DNA of 64,000 nt from Eubacteriales bacterium (GCA_045652425.1 JAZRUG010000019.1:644-64643); one strand, 5' to 3'; shown: positions 46,840 through 56,326, numbered from the stretch's first letter. The notes: a model not told the origin generated them from the sequence alone. Numbers and translations are program-made.

Positions 46840-47994
46840 GTGTTTTCTAATATAACCCTCCCCACACTTGAAGAAATTTCGGATAAGAATAACGCCGAAA
46901 AAATACGCGGTTATCTTGCTACTCTGCACGACCAGCTTCGGTATATGATGCTTAACATTGACACAGACAACCTATCCGACGGACTCAAAACAACCATATC
47001 AGACGCCTCGGAAAATGCAGAATTTTCAAAAAACAACGTTATAGAACTCAACAAAGACGTAACGGAGCTAAACGGAAACGTTACAAACTTAAACGACGGT
47101 GTTACCCAGTTGAACGGTGACGTTACTAAAATAAACGGCAACGTTTCTAACCTAAACGACGGAGTAACACAACTGAACGGCGACGTTTCCAATCTAAACG
47201 ACGGTGTTACTCATTTAAACGGTGAAGTTTCGCAGCTGAACGGTGAGGTATATGAAATCAAGCAAAGCCTCGTTAGTTACGGTGATAGAATGTCTTCCGT
47301 TACCCAGACCGCAGATAAAATAAACTGGCTCATTAAAGACGGCACAAGCTCAAGCGACTTTACGCTGACCAGCCGTACTGCATCACTTATTTCGGACTGT
47401 ATAGATTTTACCGGTTACGTTAAATTTAACGACTTATCTCAAAGCGGCTCGACCTCCATTAACGGAAACAATATTATGACAGGAACGTTGTCGGCAGACA
47501 AAATATCGGTAACCGACCTCTCTGCCCTTTCCGCATCTATCGGCGGCTGGTCCTTAAACTCAACCGGTCTTTCAACTACGGCTTCAGGATACGGCTCACT
47601 TTCACTTAACTCCGCATCTTCATCAGATTCATATTGGCTGAAGGCTACGAATGCGAACGGCTATACTACTTTTTATATTTCAAAAAACGGTTCTTGTTAT
47701 TTCAACGGAAGTTATATTTCAAACGGAAGCATAACCGCAAGTAAAATCAGCACCGACGGCGAAAATCGCCTGGACTTAACAAACAACTACAACGGAATTA
47801 AAGTAGGCAGTACTGTGCATATTACGAACGGAAGCGTAACAAGACGTATGTTTGTTAACCCCGCAGGTATTCTTTCTTTTGATACGGGCGGCGGAAACAC
47901 GGCATTTTCACTCGGTCTGACGCGCGACGGTTCGAATTATACCCTTTCCGTACTGAACGGCTCGGGACAAATCGTTGGAAATATTAATCTTTAA
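46840..47994 (+). CDS. Phage fibre-like protein with 11 heptad repeats
   Basis: GTG start with GGGAGAGG upstream. (E/N/Q)LN(G/D)(N/D/G)V(T/S) x11 at residues 69-145, and a Ser/Gly-rich C-terminus. Confidence 0.6.
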   Translation: MFSNITLPTLEEISDKNNAEKIRGYLATLHDQLRYMMLNIDTDNLSDGLKTTISDASENAEFSKNNVIELNKDVTELNGNVTNLNDGVTQLNGDVTKINGNVSNLNDGVTQLNGDVSNLNDGVTHLNGEVSQLNGEVYEIKQSLVSYGDRMSSVTQTADKINWLIKDGTSSSDFTLTSRTASLISDCIDFTGYVKFNDLSQSGSTSINGNNIMTGTLSADKISVTDLSALSASIGGWSLNSTGLSTTASGYGSLSLNSASSSDSYWLKATNANGYTTFYISKNGSCYFNGSYISNGSITASKISTDGENRLDLTNNYNGIKVGSTVHITNGSVTRRMFVNPAGILSFDTGGGNTAFSLGLTRDGSNYTLSVLNGSGQIVGNINL

Positions 47995-48013
47995 TTTTTA
48001 AGGAGAAACAGAA

Positions 48014-48370
48014 ATGACAGTAAAAAATATTGACCTGCTTAAATGCGTTACCCCCATGAAACTTCTTTGTGAAAAAGATAACGTCGGCTTTTTGACAGCC
48101 CTTGCCATAAGCAAAAACGTTCGCGAAATCGACAAGGCTCTCGAAAATTATCTTTCGCAAAAGCAATTGCTTAACGACAAATATTTAATAACGGGAAGCG
48201 GTACACAGACAATTAAAAGCGGTTTGGAGGAAGAATATTTCCACAAAGTTACCGAACTTAACGACAGAGAAATAACTCTCACCATTCAAACCATAGACGC
48301 TAACGAGCTTGCGGCTATAACGTTCCCCCCAAAATACGTTGAAGGAATAGCCTTTATGCTCGATATGTAA
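48014..48370 (+). CDS. Phage protein, unknown function (118 aa)
   Basis: SD AAGGAGAAA, co-oriented. Confidence 0.5.
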   Translation: MTVKNIDLLKCVTPMKLLCEKDNVGFLTALAISKNVREIDKALENYLSQKQLLNDKYLITGSGTQTIKSGLEEEYFHKVTELNDREITLTIQTIDANELAAITFPPKYVEGIAFMLDM

Positions 48371-48386
48371 AAAGGAGTGATATAAC

Positions 48387-49607
48387 TTGGCTACTACTCT
48401 TACGAAAAAGAAATACGAGGAAAGCGAAAAGGTAAAAGAAGCTTTCCAAAACTACACCGATTACAAAGACAACGGTAAACCAAAGGACTATACTTTTTCC
48501 GACGCCGAGCTTTTAACACAGACTCAAAACGAGTTCTTCAACAAAGAAAAGTTTTCTTATGACCTTGAAAGCGATCCTCTTTATAATCAGTACAAGAAAA
48601 GTTATATTGAGCAAGGTAAACAGGCTATGGAAGACTCCGTCGGAAACGCTGCGGCTCTGTCGGGCGGTTATTCCAACTCATACGCGCAGACTGTAGGCGC
48701 GAAGGCTTATAACAGTTATCTCGACAAGCTGAACAACGTTATCCCCGAATTGTACGAGGCGGCATACTCCCGTTACAATGACGAACTGAAAAATCTTGAA
48801 AATAAACTCGGTTATCTTTCCGACAAGAATAAAGAGGAATATTCGCGATATCTTGACAGCTATTCTCACTACTCCGACGAGGTAAATGCATTACGCGACC
48901 TTTATCTTACCGAATACAAAAACGATATGGCAATACAGGACAGCGAATGGGAATCAGCTTATAAGTTAGCTATGAAAGAGCAAGAAAAAGAACTTGCCGA
49001 AGCAGAAAACCAATATAAGTACTATGTTGCCGACCTTGAAAAACAACAGTTTGACGAGGAACAGAAGTATAAATATTACGCCGCTGACCTCGAAAAACAA
49101 CAGTTTGATGAAGAGCAGAAATATAAATATTATACTGCCGACCTCGAAAAACAGCAGTTTGACGCTAAACTTGCAGCTGAACAAGCGCAATTTGATGCCG
49201 AGCTTGCCGCAGAAAAGGCGTATAAATATTACGCTGCTAACCTCGAAAAGCAACAGGCTGATGCTAAACTCGCAGCCGAACAGGCGCAGTTCGATGCAAA
49301 ACTGGAATACCAAAAGACGCTTGATGCACAAGAGGATAAATACCGTGAACAAGAACTGCGAATCGAACGCCAGAAGGTTGTTAACGCAAATCAGCAGTTC
49401 TGGGCAGAATTCGATGAAAAAACCAAGGATTACATAAGCCAGAACGAGCTTTACATAATGCAGGCAAACGGTCAGCTTTATGACGTTATGTCGGCTTTGG
49501 ATTACAATTACGAAGACGAATCTACCGTAAGATATAAGGCTCTCGTTATGGGAATTGACGAGGACTATATTGACTCGTACTTCGAAGCAAAATATAAAGG
49601 GAGGTAA
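48387..49607 (+). CDS. Phage coiled-coil repeat protein (406 aa)
   Basis: TTG start with AAAGGAG upstream. Contains KYKYY(A/T)ADLEKQQFD(E/A)... repeats. Confidence 0.55.
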   Translation: MATTLTKKKYEESEKVKEAFQNYTDYKDNGKPKDYTFSDAELLTQTQNEFFNKEKFSYDLESDPLYNQYKKSYIEQGKQAMEDSVGNAAALSGGYSNSYAQTVGAKAYNSYLDKLNNVIPELYEAAYSRYNDELKNLENKLGYLSDKNKEEYSRYLDSYSHYSDEVNALRDLYLTEYKNDMAIQDSEWESAYKLAMKEQEKELAEAENQYKYYVADLEKQQFDEEQKYKYYAADLEKQQFDEEQKYKYYTADLEKQQFDAKLAAEQAQFDAELAAEKAYKYYAANLEKQQADAKLAAEQAQFDAKLEYQKTLDAQEDKYREQELRIERQKVVNANQQFWAEFDEKTKDYISQNELYIMQANGQLYDVMSALDYNYEDESTVRYKALVMGIDEDYIDSYFEAKYKGR

Positions 49608-49610
49608 TAT

Positions 49611-51362
49611 ATGAGATATATAAATCTATCCGTTCAGCAATCGGATATTAAAATAAAAAAAGAACTTAACTTCAATCAGGTTCCTCTGACCTGCGGTTCG
49701 GTAAACGATATTTCCTGCCGTTTTGCCTTTTCAAAGGAATGGAACGACTATCCCGTAAAGGTTGCTATATTCTCGGGAAGCGGCAAGAGTATAACCGTTG
49801 CCATTACCGATGATATTGCCGTTATTCCTTGGGAAGTCCTAACCACCGAAGGCGATGAACTTACAGTCGGCCTCGTAGGTCTTTGCGACCTGCCCGATAC
49901 CAATTCATATAAGCAGCTTAACACCGAATACGTCAGCCTCGGAATTATAGTTTCGGGCGCATCCGTCGCATCAATTCATACGGATAACCCTCCCTCTCCG
50001 GATTTGGCAGAACAGTTAATCGGTTCAGTAAACGAAGTTTTATTGTCCGAAAAAGAAAGAAAACTCGGATACGCCGAAATGAAATCAAGGCTTGATGAAG
50101 CCGAAAATGCGATTAACTCCATTTCCGAATTAACAAAAAGAACGCTCGACGAACACACAAAAGCCGAAATTATGACCGACAGCGGCGCTCATAATTTCAG
50201 AATAAAAAACAAACTTCTTGAATTTTTTGACGGAAAGACGTGGAGAAACGTTGAACTTGAAAGAAACTATAAAATTATGACGGTTATAATAACGACCAAC
50301 TATTCTTCCCCTAAAGCTGCCTTAACTTATTTTGATGATGCGAAGGACTTAACTCCCGGAGATGCAGCTTGGGATAACTTCTTCGGACACTACCCCGTAC
50401 TTCTCAAAAACGGTAAAGAGGTCGGCAAACTTCTTCCCACCGACTTCTCACGCTTTGAAGACGGCACACCTATCTCGGTTGACAACGGAGAAGAATACGA
50501 CGTGTGTATCGCTTTCCCCCGTCGAGGAATAAAGTTCGAGAAAGGCAACGGCGCTATTAAAATAAGTATGACCGACCACCCCGATTTGTTTGGTTTTGAA
50601 TACAACGCACACCGTTACAACAAAACACAAAAGAATATTTTTTACGTCGGCGCATATCTTTCGTCGCTTGCAAATACTTCCGACGGAAAAACAGTTATGG
50701 CAAGTTTGTCAAACAAACCGGTTTCCATAATCAATACTTTAAGTACGGCGAAGAAATATGCAAACAACAAAAATGCGCTTCTCTTCTCTTATTATCAGTG
50801 GTTATATATTCAGTGTATGTACGTGTTCAAGTACAAGAATCTTGACTCCCAGAGAACCATTTGTTCAGGCTTTACCGCTTCTGGAAATACTATTTCAAAC
50901 CTTACTACAGGCATCACAGACACATACGGTATGGACTCGGCTTTGTTGAGCGATGAAGAACGTTTTTCAGGTCAGTACCGTTCAAAGCTTATAGGACTCG
51001 AAGATATTTACGGAACTATGTACCAATGGCTCGACTGCATAATTTCAACCCAAAACCAAGTTACTGTTTATTGGGCGAACAATGAATTCTCCTCTATTGG
51101 AGATATAAACAACAGTTTTTCAAAAGGTTACATAGACGGTGTAGTGGGTACTACGAGAGCAGGATTTTTGCCGAACAGTTTTACAGGTTCAAACTCCACT
51201 TTTTATACTGACTGGGGAGTAGTATATCCCTCAAGTAGCTGTATTGTAGGCGGCGACAACACCGGCGGAAACGGTTCGGGTATATTCTGTATCAGGCTCG
51301 GAGAAAAGCCAACAGAAGAAGAAAAAACTTATGACAAAGCTGCAAGAATTATGTATCTATAA
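49611..51362 (+). CDS. Phage tail fibre / receptor-binding-like protein (583 aa)
   Basis: Large ORF just ahead of the lysis cassette. SD AAGGGAGG. Confidence 0.5.
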   Translation: MRYINLSVQQSDIKIKKELNFNQVPLTCGSVNDISCRFAFSKEWNDYPVKVAIFSGSGKSITVAITDDIAVIPWEVLTTEGDELTVGLVGLCDLPDTNSYKQLNTEYVSLGIIVSGASVASIHTDNPPSPDLAEQLIGSVNEVLLSEKERKLGYAEMKSRLDEAENAINSISELTKRTLDEHTKAEIMTDSGAHNFRIKNKLLEFFDGKTWRNVELERNYKIMTVIITTNYSSPKAALTYFDDAKDLTPGDAAWDNFFGHYPVLLKNGKEVGKLLPTDFSRFEDGTPISVDNGEEYDVCIAFPRRGIKFEKGNGAIKISMTDHPDLFGFEYNAHRYNKTQKNIFYVGAYLSSLANTSDGKTVMASLSNKPVSIINTLSTAKKYANNKNALLFSYYQWLYIQCMYVFKYKNLDSQRTICSGFTASGNTISNLTTGITDTYGMDSALLSDEERFSGQYRSKLIGLEDIYGTMYQWLDCIISTQNQVTVYWANNEFSSIGDINNSFSKGYIDGVVGTTRAGFLPNSFTGSNSTFYTDWGVVYPSSSCIVGGDNTGGNGSGIFCIRLGEKPTEEEKTYDKAARIMYL

Positions 51363-51380
51363 AAGAAAGGAGATATTTTT

Positions 51381-51650
51381 ATGACTGTTTTACATAACGT
51401 TTACGGCTCATACGAGCAGTCTGCGCCTTTGATTATTTCGGGCGATACCGTTTTTATCCATACAGACGTAAAAAAGACCGATAAAAACGAGTTCGGCGAG
51501 CCGGCAGACAACCTTTATACCTATACCGAAACACAATATTCAAAAGATGAATACATTTTACTCCTTTCACAAAAGAATACCTCTCTTGAAGAACAGATGA
51601 CCGATACCCATTTGGCACTCTGTGAGCTATTCGAAATGCTTTCACAATAA
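51381..51650 (+). CDS. Phage protein, unknown function (89 aa)
   Basis: SD AAGGAGA. Confidence 0.5.
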   Translation: MTVLHNVYGSYEQSAPLIISGDTVFIHTDVKKTDKNEFGEPADNLYTYTETQYSKDEYILLLSQKNTSLEEQMTDTHLALCELFEMLSQ

Positions 51651-51687
51651 TTCTGTAACCTTAAAATTATATAAGGAGATGATTTTC

Positions 51688-51792
51688 TTGGCAAAGATAT
51701 ACGCGACTCTTATAAAAAAACACTTAAAAACTATAGATGACGTTCCCGATTGCCTGAAAAATACGGTATACCTCCTTCTTGAGAGGGGTTAA
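51688..51792 (+). CDS. Small phage protein (34 aa) of the type commonly found upstream of holins in Firmicutes phages
   Basis: Not in the ORF track. TTG start 6 nt after AAGGAGATGA. Sequence: MAKIYATLIKKHLKTIDDVPDCLKNTVYLLLERG. Confidence 0.5.
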   Translation: MAKIYATLIKKHLKTIDDVPDCLKNTVYLLLERG

Positions 51793-51797
51793 CTCGT

Positions 51798-52040
51798 ATG
51801 AACTATGAATTGTTAACCACCCTTGCAGGAATAATCGGCAGTTTTATCGCCACATTGGCAGGTATTATGATTAACTCGAAACTGACGAGCTACCGCATAG
51901 AACAGCTCGAAATAAAGGTTGACGAGCATAACAAAGTCATTGACCGTGTGTATAATCTTGAAAAGCATACGGCTGTTATGGACGAAGAGTTGAAAGTTGC
52001 AAACCACAGACTTTCAGACCTCGAAAACTATCACAGATAA
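51798..52040 (+). CDS. BhlA/UviB-like holin-type peptide
   Basis: 80 aa. One N-terminal TM helix (LLTTLAGIIGSFIATLAGIMI) followed by a coiled-coil tail. Confidence 0.55.
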   Translation: MNYELLTTLAGIIGSFIATLAGIMINSKLTSYRIEQLEIKVDEHNKVIDRVYNLEKHTAVMDEELKVANHRLSDLENYHR

Positions 52041-52058
52041 AAGGAGTATGATGAATAT

Positions 52059-52283
52059 ATGAAAATAGATTGGAAAAATAAACTGACAAGCAGAAAATTC
52101 TGGATTGCAGTGGTAGGGTTCGTCGTTCCTCTGCTACTTTCCTTCGGTATTGCCGAAAGCGTAGCGACACAGATATCCGGCGTGATTATGTCGGGAGCTA
52201 CCTGTATAGCTTATATTCTCGGCGAAGGGCTTGTGGATGCTGAATCATCGGCAAATAAAAAAGATAACGACAATAAAGAATAA
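52059..52283 (+). CDS. Phage holin
   Basis: 74 aa. Two TM helices (FWIAVVGFVVPLLLSF, ISGVIMSGATCIAYILG) and a charged C-terminus. It lies directly before the endolysin. Confidence 0.7.
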   Translation: MKIDWKNKLTSRKFWIAVVGFVVPLLLSFGIAESVATQISGVIMSGATCIAYILGEGLVDAESSANKKDNDNKE

Positions 52284-52297
52284 AAAGGACTGACCTT

Positions 52298-53353
52298 ATG
52301 AAAAAATTTGGAATTGATATATCAAAATGGCAGGGTAACTTCGATTTCAAGAAGGCTGTAAAAGAAGGGGTTACCTTTGCCGTAATAAAAGGGGGCGGCG
52401 GAGATGCCGGACTCTATACCGACTCAAAATTTGAAACTAATTACGCCGAAGCAAAGAAAAATAATATCCCCGTCGGTGTATATTGGTTCAGCAAAGCATT
52501 ATCCGTTGAAGAAGCAAAGACGGAAGCAGATTACTTTTACAGAAACGTTCTTCGGAAGAAGCAGTTTGAACTGCCTGTATTTATCGACGTTGAGCATCAA
52601 AGCATGTTTGCTCTCGGCAAAGATAAGTTAACCGAAATCGTAAACGTATGGTGCGAAACACTTGAAACTCTCGGTTTTTGGGTGGGAATATACTCAACGG
52701 TATATGCCTTTTCGGCGTATATGAATGACAACGAACTTGAAGGATATACCCATTGGGTTGCGCAGTGGGCGGAAAAATGCACCTACCCAAAAACAGAAAT
52801 AATGGGGTTATGGCAATTTGGCGGCGAAACGAATTTGATAAGAAAGAATATCGTTTCCGGCGTTGTGTGCGACCAGAATTATATGTACCGCGACTTCCCT
52901 ACTCTTATAAAGGAACGAGGACTTAACGGCTTTGATGCCAACGATGAACCGTTGATTACAATACCGAAATCGGCAGAAACACTTGCGAAAGAGGTTATCG
53001 ACGGCAAGTGGGGCAACGGTAAAGAGCGAAAGATAAAGCTTGAAAATGCGGGATATGATTACGAAGACGTGCAAAGACTCGTTAACTTGATTACCGAGGG
53101 TATGCAGTATAAACCTGCGGCCACTAAACCGACTCCGCCGAAGGCAGATGATATGGTTAAGGCGGGCGACCTCGTAAGAATATCAAATGAGGCGACGGTG
53201 CACGGCACGAATAAAAGATTTGCGCCCTTTGTGTATAACTCTCTGCTTTACGTAAGAGAACTAAAGGATAACCGCGCGGTTATATCCGTATTGGCAGAAG
53301 GGCCCGTTACAGGTGCTACCGACGTGAAATATCTTACAAAACACAAAGCGTGA
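52298..53353 (+). CDS. Endolysin: GH25 muramidase with a C-terminal cell-wall-binding region
   Basis: MKKFGIDISKWQGNFDFKKAVKEGVTFAVIKGG is a canonical GH25 start. DVEH catalytic region. Confidence 0.88.
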   Translation: MKKFGIDISKWQGNFDFKKAVKEGVTFAVIKGGGGDAGLYTDSKFETNYAEAKKNNIPVGVYWFSKALSVEEAKTEADYFYRNVLRKKQFELPVFIDVEHQSMFALGKDKLTEIVNVWCETLETLGFWVGIYSTVYAFSAYMNDNELEGYTHWVAQWAEKCTYPKTEIMGLWQFGGETNLIRKNIVSGVVCDQNYMYRDFPTLIKERGLNGFDANDEPLITIPKSAETLAKEVIDGKWGNGKERKIKLENAGYDYEDVQRLVNLITEGMQYKPAATKPTPPKADDMVKAGDLVRISNEATVHGTNKRFAPFVYNSLLYVRELKDNRAVISVLAEGPVTGATDVKYLTKHKA

Positions 53354-53520
53354 TATAAAAAGCTATCGGCAAAATATCAACACAAATCAGAAATATTTTC
53401 ACAGCTATTTTGCCGATAACGGAAATTTTGATTGTTTTTTGTATACAACAAAGACACCGCCGAAAGCGACTGATTACAGTTACTGTCGGCGGTAATATTT
53501 TATTTTTTTGTAAAGGGGTA

Positions 53521-53549
53521 TTGATTTTTTTGAAATAGTGTGCTATAAT
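53521..53549 (+). promoter_or_regulatory. Sigma-A-type promoter of tRNA-Glu
   Basis: TTGATT (53521-53526), a 17-nt spacer and TATAAT (53544-53549) with TG at -15/-14. Confidence 0.55.
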
Positions 53550-53566
53550 TCCAATGTTGTAAATAA

Positions 53567-53641
53567 GGCCTGTTGGTCAAGAGGCTAAGACGCCGCCCTC
53601 TCACGGCGGAATCAGGGGTTCGATTCCCCTACGGGTCACCA
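53567..53641 (+). tRNA. tRNA-Glu (anticodon CTC)
   Basis: Cloverleaf: GGCCTGT / ACGGGTC acceptor, 3-bp D stem, anticodon arm CCGCC-CTCTCAC-GGCGG, T arm AGGGG-TTCGATT-CCCCT. CCA is encoded. Confidence 0.9.
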
Positions 53642-53646
53642 AAACG

Positions 53647-53684
53647 AAAATCCTATCGACGTTAGTCGGTAGGATTTTTGTTTT
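53647..53684 (+). terminator. Intrinsic terminator after tRNA-Glu
   Basis: AATCCTATCGACgttaGTCGGTAGGATT followed by TTTGTTTTG. Confidence 0.7.
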
Positions 53685-53799
53685 GTACTATTCATTATTC
53701 ATTATTCATTATTCACTAAAACGGATTTTCGTAATAAATAATGAAGTCGCTTTGCTGTTGAATAATTAAGAACTATAAAACTGCAGAAATAATATCACT

Positions 53800-54135
53800 A
53801 TTGTCATTCTGAGTGGAGCGCCCCAATGGGCGCGGAATCGAAGAATCCCGTAATTGTAGCGTAGAAATAATGGGATCCTTCGACTTCGGCGTTAAAAACG
53901 CCTTCGCTCAGGATGACCGTAATATATTGTTTGCACTACCCCATTATCAAAAGGTTCTTTGCCTACTTTCTTCCCACCCAAAAGAGTATTTTTTTGAATT
54001 AGTACTATTGATAAAATAAAGCACAAACCCATTATTAAAAGGTTCTTTGCCTACTTTCTTCCTTAAAGAAAGTAGGTGCCTGCTTTCTTCCTCAAAGAAA
54101 GTAGGTTCTTCCTTAAAGAAAGTAGGTGTGTATCC
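53800..54135. repeat. Intergenic repeat cluster (element E copy 2 at 53803-53918, H2 x2, tandem H1 x3)
   Basis: Nearly identical to 20875-21150. Confidence 0.9.
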
Positions 54136-54152
54136 CACACCTACTTATTATT

Positions 54153-55598
54153 TTACATATTCACTAACATATCAAGCATAATTGCGTAAGCATCTGCAAG
54201 AGATGCAAGGTCAAGACGTTCGTCGGGGGTATGGATATTTTTAACGGTAGCGCCCATAGATACGCCGTCAAGATTTCCGCCCATAGCAGTTATAATTATA
54301 CCACATTCAACACCTGCGTGAACCGCTTCAAATACAGGTGTTCCGCCCGTTCTCTTCACAAAGCATTGCGCATAGAGGTCGCGCATACGGCTCTTCGGCA
54401 TATATTCCCAACCGGGATAACGGTCATGGTGAACTATCTTCGCACCCGACAATTTTGCAATCATATCAAGTTTCATAACAATCTCGTCAAGCTTTGCTTC
54501 AACCGAAGAACGAGGCATAAGATAGAGGTTAACCGTATTGCCCTCGGTAGAAACAACACCGAGATTAGACGAGGTTTCAACAAGTCCCTCAAGGGAACGG
54601 CTCATTTCATATACGCCGTTGGGGATTATATTCATAGCGCTTATAACTCTGTAGGTATCTTTAAAACAGAATGCAGTATCGGAAACGCCGTTTGCGTTAT
54701 CTACGCGTACCGAGAACTTTTTATCTTCTTTAACAAGCTGCTTTCTTATGGTATCGGCAAGTTCTTTTATAATTTCTTTAGCCTTTTTCTTATCAAAAAC
54801 GCTTATAACAGCCTCACACTCACGGGGAATAGCGTTGACCTTGTTACCGCCGTTAATGGAAATAAGGTTAAAGGGCATTTTTTCATAGAGACCGCCGAGT
54901 ATCTTTGCCATAACGATATTGGCATTCTGCTTACCCGAATTTATACCCGTACCCGAATGTCCACCCGCAAGACCTTTTACAGTTATCTTAATTGCAGAGT
55001 TTTGATTCTTGTATGAATCAAGCTCGAAGCTGATGTCGCATCTGACACCGCCCGCACAGCTAACTGTCGCGTGGTCAAGGTGTTCGCAGTCGAGGTTTAT
55101 AAAGGACTTGGCAGACAATTTTGAATAATCAAAGTTAATAGCTCCCACCATGCTCGTTTCTTCCTGAACGGTAAAGAGACATTCAAGGGGCGGATGCTTT
55201 GCGTTTTTGTCGGCAAGTACAGCCATCATCATAACGACTGCTATACCGTCATCTCCACCGAGCGTTGTGCCCTCGGCATAGAGCCAGCCGTCTTTTTCGT
55301 ATATTTTCAAAGGATCGGTTTCAAAGTTGTGAACGACGTCATTATTTTTCTCGCAAACCATATCGGTATGCCCCTGCAAGAGTACGGCGGGTTTGTTTTC
55401 GTAACCTGCGGCTGCTTTTTTCTTTATAAGAACGTTGTGAACGTCATCTCTGTAATATTCAAGGTTATTCTCCTCGGCGAACTTGCAGAGATAATCGGCA
55501 ATACCCTTTTCGTTACCCGAGCCGTGCGGGATAGCGCAAATATCCTCAAAATAGCGGTAGAGGGGTTGAGGTGAATAGTTTGACAAAATATAATTCAT
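54153..55598 (-). CDS. pepD: Aminoacyl-histidine (Xaa-His) dipeptidase PepD, M20C
   Basis: 481 aa. CAIPHGSGNEKGIADYL and LLQGHTDMVCEKN motifs. Confidence 0.92.
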   Translation of the reverse strand: MNYILSNYSPQPLYRYFEDICAIPHGSGNEKGIADYLCKFAEENNLEYYRDDVHNVLIKKKAAAGYENKPAVLLQGHTDMVCEKNNDVVHNFETDPLKIYEKDGWLYAEGTTLGGDDGIAVVMMMAVLADKNAKHPPLECLFTVQEETSMVGAINFDYSKLSAKSFINLDCEHLDHATVSCAGGVRCDISFELDSYKNQNSAIKITVKGLAGGHSGTGINSGKQNANIVMAKILGGLYEKMPFNLISINGGNKVNAIPRECEAVISVFDKKKAKEIIKELADTIRKQLVKEDKKFSVRVDNANGVSDTAFCFKDTYRVISAMNIIPNGVYEMSRSLEGLVETSSNLGVVSTEGNTVNLYLMPRSSVEAKLDEIVMKLDMIAKLSGAKIVHHDRYPGWEYMPKSRMRDLYAQCFVKRTGGTPVFEAVHAGVECGIIITAMGGNLDGVSMGATVKNIHTPDERLDLASLADAYAIMLDMLVNM

Positions 55599-55619
55599 AA
55601 AAAAACTCCTTAAAATATA

Positions 55620-55944
55620 GACGACCTCATCCGTCTCGGCAGCAAAGAAATATATTTAATAAAAATTGTATACTGCCTCGACACCTGTCTCGCCGCGACT
55701 CGGTCACGGTTCGGCTCTGACAGTCCACAGGACTGTCATTCACTGCCTCACCGCCACTTCGTTACCCACCGGAGAAGGTCTTTGTCTGTACAGACTTTTA
55801 AAAAATTATCAATAAGAAAAAATCCACTTTGTTTAAGTTAGAGCAAGATTAAACACTGTACCTTCTCCGGTGGGAGAAGGTGTCGTACCGCCAATGAATA
55901 ATGATTTTTATTAATCTTTATGCGGTGCGACGGATGAGGTCGTC
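55620..55944. mobile_element. MITE-like element M2, copy 1 (325 bp, 16-bp terminal inverted repeats GACGACCTCATCCGTC)
   Basis: Terminal inverted repeats at 55620-55635 and 55929-55944. The GC-rich arms contain nested hairpins (CTGACAGTCCACAGGACTGTCA, CCTTCTCCGGTGGGAGAAGG) around an AT-rich centre. No ORF. Confidence 0.7.
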
Positions 55945-56056
55945 TTTAGTGCTTTATTGATTCGTATACATATTCTAACATATTACAATAGATTCTTCAA
56001 TAACATAATAAAAAATAATAAAAATAAAAAAAGTAAATAAAAAAATGAAATAATGC

Positions 56057-56085
56057 TTGACAATTAGGAATAGTTATGTTATAAT
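56057..56085 (+). promoter_or_regulatory. Sigma-A-type promoter of the tRNA-Arg/tRNA-His pair
   Basis: TTGACA (56057-56062), a 17-nt spacer and TATAAT (56080-56085). Confidence 0.6.
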
Positions 56086-56118
56086 TCTGTGGTGTCAAAA
56101 TGAGGCGCAGAAAGTAAT

Positions 56119-56195
<77 letters not shown>

Positions 56196-56245
56196 GGTAA
56201 AATAGTATTAAGGTTTGCGTGACCGCAAACCTTAATACGCAATAT

Positions 56246-56323
56246 GGTGGGTATAGCTCAGTTGGTTAGAGCGTCAGGTTGTGGCCCTGAAGGCCGTGGG
56301 TTCGAGTCCCATTACTCACCCCA
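56246..56323 (+). tRNA. tRNA-His (anticodon GTG) with encoded G-1
   Basis: An extra 5' G pairs with discriminator C. Acceptor GTGGGTA / TACTCAC, anticodon arm TCAGG-TTGTGGC-CCTGA, T arm GTGGG-TTCGAGT-CCCAT. CCA is encoded. Confidence 0.9.
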
Positions 56324-56326
56324 GAG

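Larger units (their letters stand above)
36102..53353 (+). mobile_element. Phage late-gene block (packaging, head, fibres, lysis): prophage remnant or domesticated phage-like particle locus
   Basis: 20 co-oriented ORFs run from a terS-like gene to a GH25 endolysin. No integrase, repressor or replication module is visible. Host genes lie on both sides. Confidence 0.85.

Noticed and set aside
53567-53641. tRNA-Glu considered as the attachment site of the phage block
   Set aside because: The 5' end of the tRNA, not its 3' end, faces the phage block. No integrase lies next to it, and I found no direct repeat of the tRNA 3' end at the left border (~36.1 kb).
53687-53713. ATTCATT x4 microsatellite after the tRNA-Glu terminator
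   Set aside because: It is very short (about 27 bp), AT-rich and has no associated feature. It is likely slippage noise.
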